From positions 896,689 through 928,688 of the forward strand of contig CP064967.1 in NCBI GenBank assembly GCA_016699265.1: a DNA stretch of 32,000 bases, in the 5' to 3' direction. The stretch is from Candidatus Saccharimonadota bacterium (GTDB taxonomy: Bacteria; Patescibacteriota; Microgenomatia; UBA1406; GWC2-37-13). A program made the position numbers and the translations under genes. This document shows positions 23,284-30,752 of this stretch, one piece after another; the stretch's first letter is position 1, and every line of letters starts with the position of its first letter. A model generated the notes under the pieces. The model worked only from the letters and a program-made list of their open reading frames with translations, was not told the origin of the DNA and did no database searches.

Positions 23284-23315
23284 ACGAAATACCTTATACG
23301 ACATACGGAATACGT
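23281..23315. repeat. Right heptad arm flanking the four-helix-bundle gene
   Basis: catacga aatacct tatacga catacgg aatacgt, with ATAC at an exact 7-nt period, five units. It is the reverse-complement partner of 22883..22917. Its first three bases are the ORF start codon. Confidence 0.85.
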
Positions 23316-23373
23316 TGTCTACGGACTATATGCTACAAAACATCAAGATCGGAGCGTTCTAAAAGGCGGTAGC

Positions 23374-24240
23374 CTAGAATGATGTGAAGAAAAACTCAGC
23401 CGGTATCTGTGGATACGACTGGAAAAGTTGTACCTTCTTAGTAACTCCTGTTCTTGTTGTGGCTTGTGAGGTCACTGTTTGTCCCGATGCCTGTAAGGTG
23501 CTTGTTCCCACAAGTCCAAGGGTCGTGCTTGAAGGCCCACCGATTGAGATATATCTTACGATGAGAAAACGTGGATTGGAGGCAATGGTCACGGGTATAT
23601 TTGAGGTTCTGCATCGATAGGTAGTTCCATTCACCGTTGAGGAGGATACGCTTCCAATCTGTGTTCCAGATGAGCTAAAGTTATTGCCCGTGTCTGCGAT
23701 GTATCTCGTAACTCCCGTAGTTGTCACGACAGCTATATCAAGGACCATGTTATTGCAGTTGGCGCTACCAGAGACATCATAGGCGATGCTTACGTTATTA
23801 TTTGACGCAGGATTTGAGATTAACTTGGTGACGCTATTATAGGAGCCAAGATAGAACGTGAAGCCCTCGCCAGAGGATAGAGAAGGTGAGACAAACTGCG
23901 CGCTCGCTGCGGAGGTTAAACTTGTTGAACCAGAGGTAATTGTTGAGGAGAGACTACCGATACTGGATAGATTGGCTATATTTGATCCGCTCTTTAAGGA
24001 TGCTTCGATGCCTGCTTCTGCTGCGGCTAGAGCTTTCTGGTTCTCCTCTTCAAGTTTGGTAAGTTGAGTATCGGTCCTTGCGGTGAAGGTAATGGTTAAG
24101 ACGATCGTGATGGCAATAGCCATGATCATAACCATAATTAGTAGAATCTGACCGGCTTGGTATGCCGTATTTAGTATATGGTATCTCGTATCTAGCAGAT
24201 TGTTTTTTCTTATGTTTGTGTTTTGGTTTGGTGTTTTCAT
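23374..24240 (-). CDS. PilX/TadG-like pilus-associated protein (N-terminal hydrophobic helix, Ser/Thr-rich beta body)
   Basis: QAGQILLIMVMIMAIAITIVLTITF resembles the PilX_N / TadG N-terminal helix, followed by a short coiled segment and a Ser/Thr/Gly-rich domain. The first ~28 codons run through a heptad element, so the start is uncertain. Confidence 0.5.
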   Translation of the reverse strand: MKTPNQNTNIRKNNLLDTRYHILNTAYQAGQILLIMVMIMAIAITIVLTITFTARTDTQLTKLEEENQKALAAAEAGIEASLKSGSNIANLSSIGSLSSTITSGSTSLTSAASAQFVSPSLSSGEGFTFYLGSYNSVTKLISNPASNNNVSIAYDVSGSANCNNMVLDIAVVTTTGVTRYIADTGNNFSSSGTQIGSVSSSTVNGTTYRCRTSNIPVTIASNPRFLIVRYISIGGPSSTTLGLVGTSTLQASGQTVTSQATTRTGVTKKVQLFQSYPQIPAEFFFTSF

Positions 24241-24272
24241 ACGATATACGGTATATGAAATACTAAATACTC
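24157..24272. repeat. GTAT/ATAC heptad palindrome bracketing the start of 23374..24240
   Basis: Left arm ttggtat gccgtat ttagtat atggtat ctcgtat (24157..24191). Right arm catacga tatacgg tatatga aatacta aatactc (24238..24272). The 46-nt centre holds the first codons of the ORF. Confidence 0.8.
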
Positions 24273-24274
24273 GT

Positions 24275-26107
24275 CTACTGAATCTGAGTCCAGCTTGAGC
24301 GCAAAACTGATAATTTATCGATCAAGTTTACGTATGAGACAGGATTAAAAACGATAAATAAAGATGGCGCAGAAGTTCCACGATTTCGGGTCATAGCAAC
24401 CGGCGTTGAGGACGTGACATTTCCTGTAATCTTCAAAGGAGTTGTGCTTGAGGAAAGTTCGGAAAAGGCAATGGTGTCTGCGATAAATAGACCATTAGCC
24501 TGAGTTAACGAGTCGCCAAAGGTAAGCGTCTTTGGGGTTGTAGACGTACCTGCGACCACCAAGGCAAAGGGTCGATCAAAGATATTGAAGGACTTTGTGA
24601 ATCCACCTGTTCCCCTAAGTGTAACGTTGCCATTTACAATCAATACTACATTGCTCGGCGCGATATCAGAGGAGATAGTAAGATCTCCATTATAGTAGTA
24701 GAGCCCTGAGACAAGTATCTGAGACAGATCTGTTACGGTCGTCACACTCTTATTAGTCATCACATAGCTTTTGAAAGATGAGGCGGTGAATGTGCTGGGG
24801 ATAGTAGTATTTGCACGACTCCACCCCGAGGAGGAGACGGTTCCTGTCCCCACGTTTATACTCCCAATTGCAGCAACAATACCTGAGGCTCCCTGATTAA
24901 AGATTGTTGGAGAGGTATCTGAGAAGTCGTAGATGGTTGATAAAGGAGTAATGGTTGAAGAAAGATTCCCTAACTTATAGAAGGATGCGTCTCTAAGTTT
25001 ATAGAGTGCTCCTGGAACGGCCGGCGTAGTAGGTGTGGGCGCCGCTACTGTTGGAGTGGGAGTTGGAGTTGAACCTCCAAGACAGGTAAACGTATTGCCG
25101 ACGGTTCCTGGGGAGGTGCAACCTAAGCTATTGCAGCTATGCACCCACCAACTATACGTATTATTAAGGGCTCCGATAAATGAATACGCCGGACTGCCTT
25201 GCGTTGCACAGAAGTCTCCTCCTCCGCTACAGGTACCATCCCAACCACCCGTTGTTGTATTATTTACTCGCAGTTCGTAGTATGTGTCGCTTGCTCCTGG
25301 AGTCCATGAGAGATTTACTGTGTTGGCGCCATTACATGACCCGATAAGATTGGTCGGCGGCACTGGAGGGACTGGGCCGACAGGTGTTGGTGTTGCCCCA
25401 GCGGGGGGAGTAGGAGTTGGCGTTGATCCGGAAGGAGGAGTAGGTGTGGCTGAGCAAGCAGCCCCTATATATATCCAGCCCCCCGTCGAGCCATTACACT
25501 GAGATGTTCTACACGTTCCTCCTGCATCTGGTGATCCACAAACTACCTGTCCAGGAGAAGCGACTACCGAACTTCCATCACATAATGTTCCGGAGCAGTT
25601 TTGTGGTACCGGAGTTGCGGTTGGCTTAGGGTCGGTTGGAGCCGCACATGAGCTTGAAGAGACACATCTATACTTAGTCTGACATACTGAGGTGGCGGTA
25701 GACGATGATTGTGTCTGCTGCATTTCAGTACTGGAACATGAGCCACCTCCACAGCTCTGATCGGTCCAAGGTCCATAGGGACAGGCCGAACATACCGGAA
25801 CAAGTCCGAGTGCATTTATTTGAACCGAACAGCTTCTTGTGCCTGCGGTACAAGCTCCGAATTGACAATACTCAGGACCTGGTTGAATATTTCCAATACA
25901 CGCACCGCCTCCCCAGAAGCAGGATACGGTGTCAGTGCCAGTTGAATTAATACATCCATTACTGCATCCTTTATTACTCGGACATTGTGATTTGTTTACG
26001 GTTTGTCGGTAATAATCATCTCCACACGATTGGGCAAATGTGACTTTTGGCAAAAGAATAACCGTGAACGAAGCGAAAATAATGAGTATGATTCGCGATA
26101 ATATCAT
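24275..26107 (-). CDS. Large secreted Cys-rich surface protein with Pro/Thr linkers, an FN3-like module and a beta-rich C-terminal domain (putative adhesin)
   Basis: Signal peptide MILSRIILIIFASFTVILLPKVTFAQ. About 250 aa with many Cys, including a TSP1-like GPWTDQSCGGGSC. Linkers TPTPPSGSTPTPTPP. NLSWTPGASDTYYELRV is FN3-like. The C-terminal repeats are of the type VVLIVNGNVTLRG / GLFIADTIAF. Confidence 0.7.
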   Translation of the reverse strand: MILSRIILIIFASFTVILLPKVTFAQSCGDDYYRQTVNKSQCPSNKGCSNGCINSTGTDTVSCFWGGGACIGNIQPGPEYCQFGACTAGTRSCSVQINALGLVPVCSACPYGPWTDQSCGGGSCSSTEMQQTQSSSTATSVCQTKYRCVSSSSCAAPTDPKPTATPVPQNCSGTLCDGSSVVASPGQVVCGSPDAGGTCRTSQCNGSTGGWIYIGAACSATPTPPSGSTPTPTPPAGATPTPVGPVPPVPPTNLIGSCNGANTVNLSWTPGASDTYYELRVNNTTTGGWDGTCSGGGDFCATQGSPAYSFIGALNNTYSWWVHSCNSLGCTSPGTVGNTFTCLGGSTPTPTPTVAAPTPTTPAVPGALYKLRDASFYKLGNLSSTITPLSTIYDFSDTSPTIFNQGASGIVAAIGSINVGTGTVSSSGWSRANTTIPSTFTASSFKSYVMTNKSVTTVTDLSQILVSGLYYYNGDLTISSDIAPSNVVLIVNGNVTLRGTGGFTKSFNIFDRPFALVVAGTSTTPKTLTFGDSLTQANGLFIADTIAFSELSSSTTPLKITGNVTSSTPVAMTRNRGTSAPSLFIVFNPVSYVNLIDKLSVLRSSWTQIQ

Positions 26108-26322
26108 TGCTTATATAATACAGCACTTATCAAGCGTTGTAGCGCATCTTTTTCTTCAAATTATATGCGGAGCCTGATCCAAAAAATAGGTAGCCACCGA
26201 ATGGGAGCGTTCCCATCATCTGCTTGGAATCACTATATTTTAGTAGATTGTCTGAATGCTAGGTGTGACGACTACTCCAATCAGTGCGAGTTCATCTGCT
26301 GTATACTTGCTAAGTGCTTCAT

Positions 26323-27216
26323 CTAGTTTTCTTGTCTTGGTAGCCTGATAAATTCCGCCGTTACTGGTGCTAGATTAGGATTTTGTTCATAGTCATATCC
26401 TGCCTGTCCAAAAAATGTACTATTGTCTGTGCCATACTCAACGACTATAGGCGCGCCAATTTGGCCGGGATCATTAAGTGCATTAATCAAGTTTTCTGAG
26501 CCTACAATCATTTTATCAGGATCGGGTTTGGCATCAGTTTGGTGGTGGGAGTCAATTCCATAGGTATTTATAGCTCCATCGTTCGCAATAGGCCCCCAAA
26601 AATTAGCTCCTGCATTAGTTTTTATTGTTGGGAAACGTTTGAGTAATTCTGGATCATTTACGTCTTGAATGAATAGTTGCACAAATCTATCTCCTTGGAA
26701 AGTGATATATCCGATCGCTTCCAGCGCAGCCGTTGTATCACCTGTTTGAACTGGTATGGTTCCAAGGTTTATACCAAGCATCCTGTATGAGTTGTCATCA
26801 GGAGCTGGGTAGTTTTTTATCATTGAGAAACCACTCACATATGGGACAAAGTTAGTGGTTTCATGATAATCTACCACTTGCTGTTTCGTGAGCTGAAAAA
26901 ACTTTGCCATGCTCTCTTCCACCGCCTCTACTCTCACTTTTTGCTCTGGGCTTGCAAATACGCGTTCTACGGTTGTGGTAGTAGTATTCTCTGTAGTTGT
27001 TGGATTCTCCGTTGTTGTTTGCCTCGGTAGAGATGCTGTAGTTGGTACCTCAGTGGAAGATGAGCTTGGAGTTGTAGTTCCGAGTGTAGTTGGTTGGGGC
27101 TCAGAAGATTGAGGAGCGCAGCCTGGGATGCCAAGAGCTGCACCAACTCCAATCAGCCCTTTGATAAATGTTCTTCGGTTGAGCACTGGAGCTTGACTAG
27201 GTGATCGTTCTGACAT
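26323..27216 (-). CDS. Tat-signal lipoprotein with Thr-rich linker, unknown C-terminal domain
   Basis: NRRTFIKGLIGVGAALGIPGCA combines a twin-arginine motif with a lipobox Cys. This is followed by a TT(E/T)N-rich linker and a ~200-aa globular domain. Confidence 0.7.
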   Translation of the reverse strand: MSERSPSQAPVLNRRTFIKGLIGVGAALGIPGCAPQSSEPQPTTLGTTTPSSSSTEVPTTASLPRQTTTENPTTTENTTTTTVERVFASPEQKVRVEAVEESMAKFFQLTKQQVVDYHETTNFVPYVSGFSMIKNYPAPDDNSYRMLGINLGTIPVQTGDTTAALEAIGYITFQGDRFVQLFIQDVNDPELLKRFPTIKTNAGANFWGPIANDGAINTYGIDSHHQTDAKPDPDKMIVGSENLINALNDPGQIGAPIVVEYGTDNSTFFGQAGYDYEQNPNLAPVTAEFIRLPRQEN

Positions 27217-27269
27217 ATTGATACTATAGTTTGATTATAGCGATTTTATGCTCGTTGTCAAGCTAACGC

Positions 27270-27767
27270 TCATTTACCAAACAGTTTGTAGAAGCCCTCT
27301 TTATCAAATCGCTGATTTTTGACCATAGAGATTCCAAGTGTATAGCCTTTTATTTCAGTCATTGGTTTTCCGGTTTCTACCCCAATAACCTCACCGGACT
27401 TAACATTACGCTTGGTTGGTGTTGACTCGGGTTCATATAAGAAATAATAAATCGTCCCATCATCTCCCTTGAGGTAATGTATGGGTAGGTTTCCTGGTTC
27501 AAGACGTTGGAATTCGAGAAGTCCTGCCACTGGCGCATAGACCTTAGATCCTTTTGGGAGCTTGAATACAGCAACAATAGTCTCATTAAGACTTTCTCTT
27601 CCAAGAATCTTAACGCTTTTACAGTAGGACGAGTCAACCACTTTACAGTTTTTCGGTAGTTTCTCAAGGAGTTGAGAAATCCTATTTCCTGGATTGAATA
27701 ATACCAATGCTAAGGTAACATCAAAAAGAATGAATAACAAAAGTAGCGCTGTGAGAATTTTTTTCAT
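27270..27767 (-). CDS. Membrane-anchored protein, unknown function
   Basis: N-terminal TM segment MKKILTALLLLFILFDVTLALVLFNP. The body has VYAPVAGLL...VKSGEVIG, reminiscent of a lipoyl/LytM-type beta-hybrid fold without metal ligands (weak). Confidence 0.55.
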   Translation of the reverse strand: MKKILTALLLLFILFDVTLALVLFNPGNRISQLLEKLPKNCKVVDSSYCKSVKILGRESLNETIVAVFKLPKGSKVYAPVAGLLEFQRLEPGNLPIHYLKGDDGTIYYFLYEPESTPTKRNVKSGEVIGVETGKPMTEIKGYTLGISMVKNQRFDKEGFYKLFGK

Positions 27768-27780
27768 TTATTTATCATAT

Positions 27781-28155
27781 TTACTTTGCTCCTGAACTTT
27801 CATTAAATTGCTGTCCGTAACTATATAGAGTGTCTTCGGTCTTGCCCGTGTCCGAGCGTGCGCCCAAACTCTGAGGTTTATCTGTCAGTTCGAACTCAAT
27901 GCGACTTACGGTAACTTTTGTGAGTCTTTTATTAAATAAGTTTATGCGATTTTCATCCCAAAAATTAATCTCATCAAGTTTTTTATCTAAGTACTCTTTA
28001 TTTGCAATGCTTGCCTTCGTTTGTGGAATGGTTGAGGTTACGGTAACGCTATGCTTAAAAGGGAAGCTTAGTATGGATGGATTGAATAAGAATATGGCCA
28101 AAAAAACATCGACCAAAAGAAAGATTCCCAATAACACAGCCAACAGACCCTTCAT
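27781..28155 (-). CDS. Membrane-anchored protein; its N-terminal anchor is paralogous to that of 27270..27767
   Basis: MKGLLAVLLGIFLLVDVFLAIFLFNP parallels the LLLLFILFDVTLALVLFNP of its neighbour. Start moved to ATG 28155 rather than the TTG at 28185. Confidence 0.55.
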   Translation of the reverse strand: MKGLLAVLLGIFLLVDVFLAIFLFNPSILSFPFKHSVTVTSTIPQTKASIANKEYLDKKLDEINFWDENRINLFNKRLTKVTVSRIEFELTDKPQSLGARSDTGKTEDTLYSYGQQFNESSGAK

Positions 28156-28186
28156 TACATTGAGTGTAACAAATCCAGACTTCAAG

Positions 28187-28282
28187 TCAATGACATTCTA
28201 CCCTCATAGAGCCAAATAGTTTATAAGAGCGGACCTCCCCCGATGAAGGAGCAATCTTCTTTTCAAGTTTTTCTGGTTTCAT
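28187..28282 (-). pseudogene. Orphan leader fragment (MKPEKLEKK...GEVRSYKL) of the tandem surface-protein family
   Basis: The 31 codons MKPEKLEKKIAPSSGEVRSYKLFGSMRVECH match the start of the 29424 copy (MKPEKLEKKMNSSSGEVRSHKL) and its upstream spacer. Homology stops near 28220 and a stop codon follows. Confidence 0.6.
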
Positions 28283-28322
28283 ACAAAAAAAGTTAAATAG
28301 ACAAGTGAAAGAGTTGATCGTA

Positions 28323-29424
28323 TTAGGAGACCTTTGTAAAAAGTGCACTTTTTCCAGTGTTTGCGGGCGAATAGTCAAAGATGTTTAGTACTATCTTGCT
28401 TAAATCCTCGTAGTTAGGAACGGTGCTACCGTCAACTATACCCACGGGAACAGCATATGTTAAAGCTGGAGCAACCCACTGGAGTTGAGGGTCTAACGGA
28501 TAGTTTAAGCATGCGATAATGGACAAAGTATGACCTAGGTTAGAGCCAAAAGGCCTGAGAGATCCTTGTGACATTGGTAAATCGTAGTCTGGAGCATTAA
28601 GTACGTGATAGCTAAGGAAGAACTGTCCATCTGGTGTCATTCCCATCAATATTCTCGCATTATCTGCTGATGTTGGGTAGTAGTACTCATTAAATCCACT
28701 GAATGGATCAAAGCCATCTATCTTGGTAAGATCACCACTACTGACTATCATTGGTTTTTTGAAGTCCATGGTCAATGGTGCAGACTTTACAATGGGTGGG
28801 TATTTGACATGCTCAATCGGCTCAGAAATATTGTCTGGCAGGTATACAGTATCTACCCAGTCATGTTCTGAAAGGTATGCTTTGTAGGCCTCAACATCTA
28901 CGCCACCTTCTGGCCTGATAAACTCAGGGTGCTGAGCTCCAAAGGTCCAGAGAAGATCTTCAAAGAGTGCTTCCTGAGGTGCTTCTACTCCTTCCTCTAC
29001 TTTTTAAATCCATACTTATGTGATCCATCTTTCATATGCAGCTCAAATCCTCCAAACTGTGGAGCGGACTCTACTTCAGAGTAGTCCACCATTTCTCAAA
29101 GACATCATATCCATCTTTACTCTCAACCACATCTGTTGGTGTAGGCTCGGCTGTGGTTGTAGGAGCTATAGTTGTCTCAATCGTTGTTGGGGAGATTGTT
29201 GAAGGGATGGTCACAGGTTCAGTTGGACTGGTAGGTTCAACGTCTATCGTGCTAACAACAGGAGTAGTGACAGAAGATGATTCATTTTCACCACGTGTTG
29301 CAATAAAGACACCTGTTCCTCCTCCTAAGAGGGCAGTTGTGGCTATAGCTAGATTACGTAGTTTATGAGACCGGACCTCCCCCGATGAAGAATTCATTTT
29401 CTTTTCAAGTTTTTCAGGTTTCAT
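28323..29424 (-). pseudogene. Decayed tandem paralogue of 29464..30738 (three indels)
   Basis: Colinear with the downstream copy at an offset of 1144 nt, and 28798..29000 is identical to 29942..30144. Relative to that copy it has T5 versus T6 at 29001..29005, a 2-nt deletion near 29078, and A3 versus A2 at 29098..29100. The net effect is out of frame, leaving ORF pieces at 29071..29424 and 28323..~29000. Confidence 0.75.
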
Positions 29425-29463
29425 ACAAAAAAGTTGGGTAGTAAAATGGAAGAGCAGATCGTA

Positions 29464-30738
29464 TTAGGATACCTTAGTAAAAAGTGCGTTGTCTGAGGAG
29501 TTTGCAGGCGCAAAGTCAAAAAAGCTCAGTACTATCTTGCTAAGATCCTCATAGCTGGGGACGGTGCTACTGTCAATCTTTTTGCTTCCGGGCACCCAGT
29601 ATGTCAAAGATGGAGCGATCCACTGTAGTTGAGGGTCTAATGGATAGTTTAAAGCTGCTGTAATAGACATTATTTCACCAAGCTCGTAACTTAAAGGTCT
29701 GAGAGATCCTTGTGACAATGGTAGATCGTAGTCGGTAGTGGTAAGCGTATGATAGCTAAAGAAAAACTGTCCATCTGGTGTCATGCCCATCAACATCCTC
29801 GCGTTATCTGCGGATGTTGGGTAGTAGTACTCATAAAATCCAGCGAATGGATCAAAGCCGTCGATCTTGGTAAGATCGCCACTGCTGATTATCATTGGTT
29901 TTTTGAAGTCCATAGTCAATGGCACAGACTTAATAACTGGCGGGTATTTGACATGCTCAATCGGCTCAGAAATATTGTCTGGCAGGTATACAGTATCTAC
30001 CCAGTCATGTTCTGAAAGGTATGCTTTGTAGGCCTCAACATCTACGCCACCTTCTGGCCTGATAAACTCAGGGTGCTGAGCTCCAAAGGTCCAGAGAAGA
30101 TCTTCAAAGAGTGCTTCCTGAGGTGCTTCTACTCCTTCCTCTACTTTTTTAAATCCATACTTATGTGATCCATCTTTCATATGTAGCTCAAATCCTCCAA
30201 ACTGGGGAGCGGACTCTACTTCATAGAGTAGTCCACCATTTCTCAAGACATCATATCCATCTTTACTCTCAACCACATCTGTTGGTGTAGGCTCTGCAGT
30301 GGTTGTTGATTCGAGGGTGGTTGAAGGAGGTAGTGTTGTTTGGGGTTCAATACTGGTAGTAACAGGAGCTCCTAAATCGGTAGTTTGAACAGCGACAGTT
30401 GTGACAACTGGAGTTTCCCCTTGGGAAGGTTGATTTCCGAATTGATCTATAACTGTACATCCACCTACGCCACCAATAGCAGCCGTCCCAGCTATGATTA
30501 GGTTTCGTGCTTTATGCGATTTGCGTGGTTTATTAGGCTGTCCATCGGGGGTAAATGACGTTCCTGAGCCTGGGATTACTGTATCGGATCCTCTACCAGA
30601 ACCGGGTTTAGTTAAGGGCTCCATGACGCGAGCTTCAAATTTCTGTGGAATCCCTCCTGCTGGAACTGGACTTAGTCTTTCTCCCATATCTTTCATAGTA
30701 AAGTTACTATAGGACTTATTATAGTATTTCGAATCCAC
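29464..30738 (-). CDS. Lipoprotein-type surface protein with Thr-rich linker and ~270-aa globular domain (intact paralogue)
   Basis: About 75 aa of Gly/Ser/Pro-rich N-terminus, then KSHKARNLIIAGTAAIGGVGGC (anchor plus lipobox-like Cys), a TT-rich linker, and a conserved C-terminal domain shared with 28323..29424. Confidence 0.7.
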   Translation of the reverse strand: MDSKYYNKSYSNFTMKDMGERLSPVPAGGIPQKFEARVMEPLTKPGSGRGSDTVIPGSGTSFTPDGQPNKPRKSHKARNLIIAGTAAIGGVGGCTVIDQFGNQPSQGETPVVTTVAVQTTDLGAPVTTSIEPQTTLPPSTTLESTTTAEPTPTDVVESKDGYDVLRNGGLLYEVESAPQFGGFELHMKDGSHKYGFKKVEEGVEAPQEALFEDLLWTFGAQHPEFIRPEGGVDVEAYKAYLSEHDWVDTVYLPDNISEPIEHVKYPPVIKSVPLTMDFKKPMIISSGDLTKIDGFDPFAGFYEYYYPTSADNARMLMGMTPDGQFFFSYHTLTTTDYDLPLSQGSLRPLSYELGEIMSITAALNYPLDPQLQWIAPSLTYWVPGSKKIDSSTVPSYEDLSKIVLSFFDFAPANSSDNALFTKVS

Positions 30739-30752
30739 ATGTCAAGCGAATA

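Noticed and set aside
25035-25950. Several 60-85-aa ORFs on both strands within 24275..26107
   Set aside because: All are nested in the 610-aa secreted-protein frame. The Pro/Thr/Gly-rich coding DNA keeps other frames open by chance.
26130-26219. 29-aa minus-strand ORF MMGTLPFGGYLFFGSGSAYNLKKKMRYNA between the Tat lipoprotein and the large secreted protein
   Set aside because: It is very short with no ribosome-binding site. The resemblance to a sorting-signal tail (LPxxG + hydrophobic + KKK) is intriguing, but the ORF is not attached to any upstream frame.
29036-29368. 110-aa plus-strand ORF in the decayed paralogue
   Set aside because: It is antisense to sequence homologous to the intact minus-strand gene 29464..30738.
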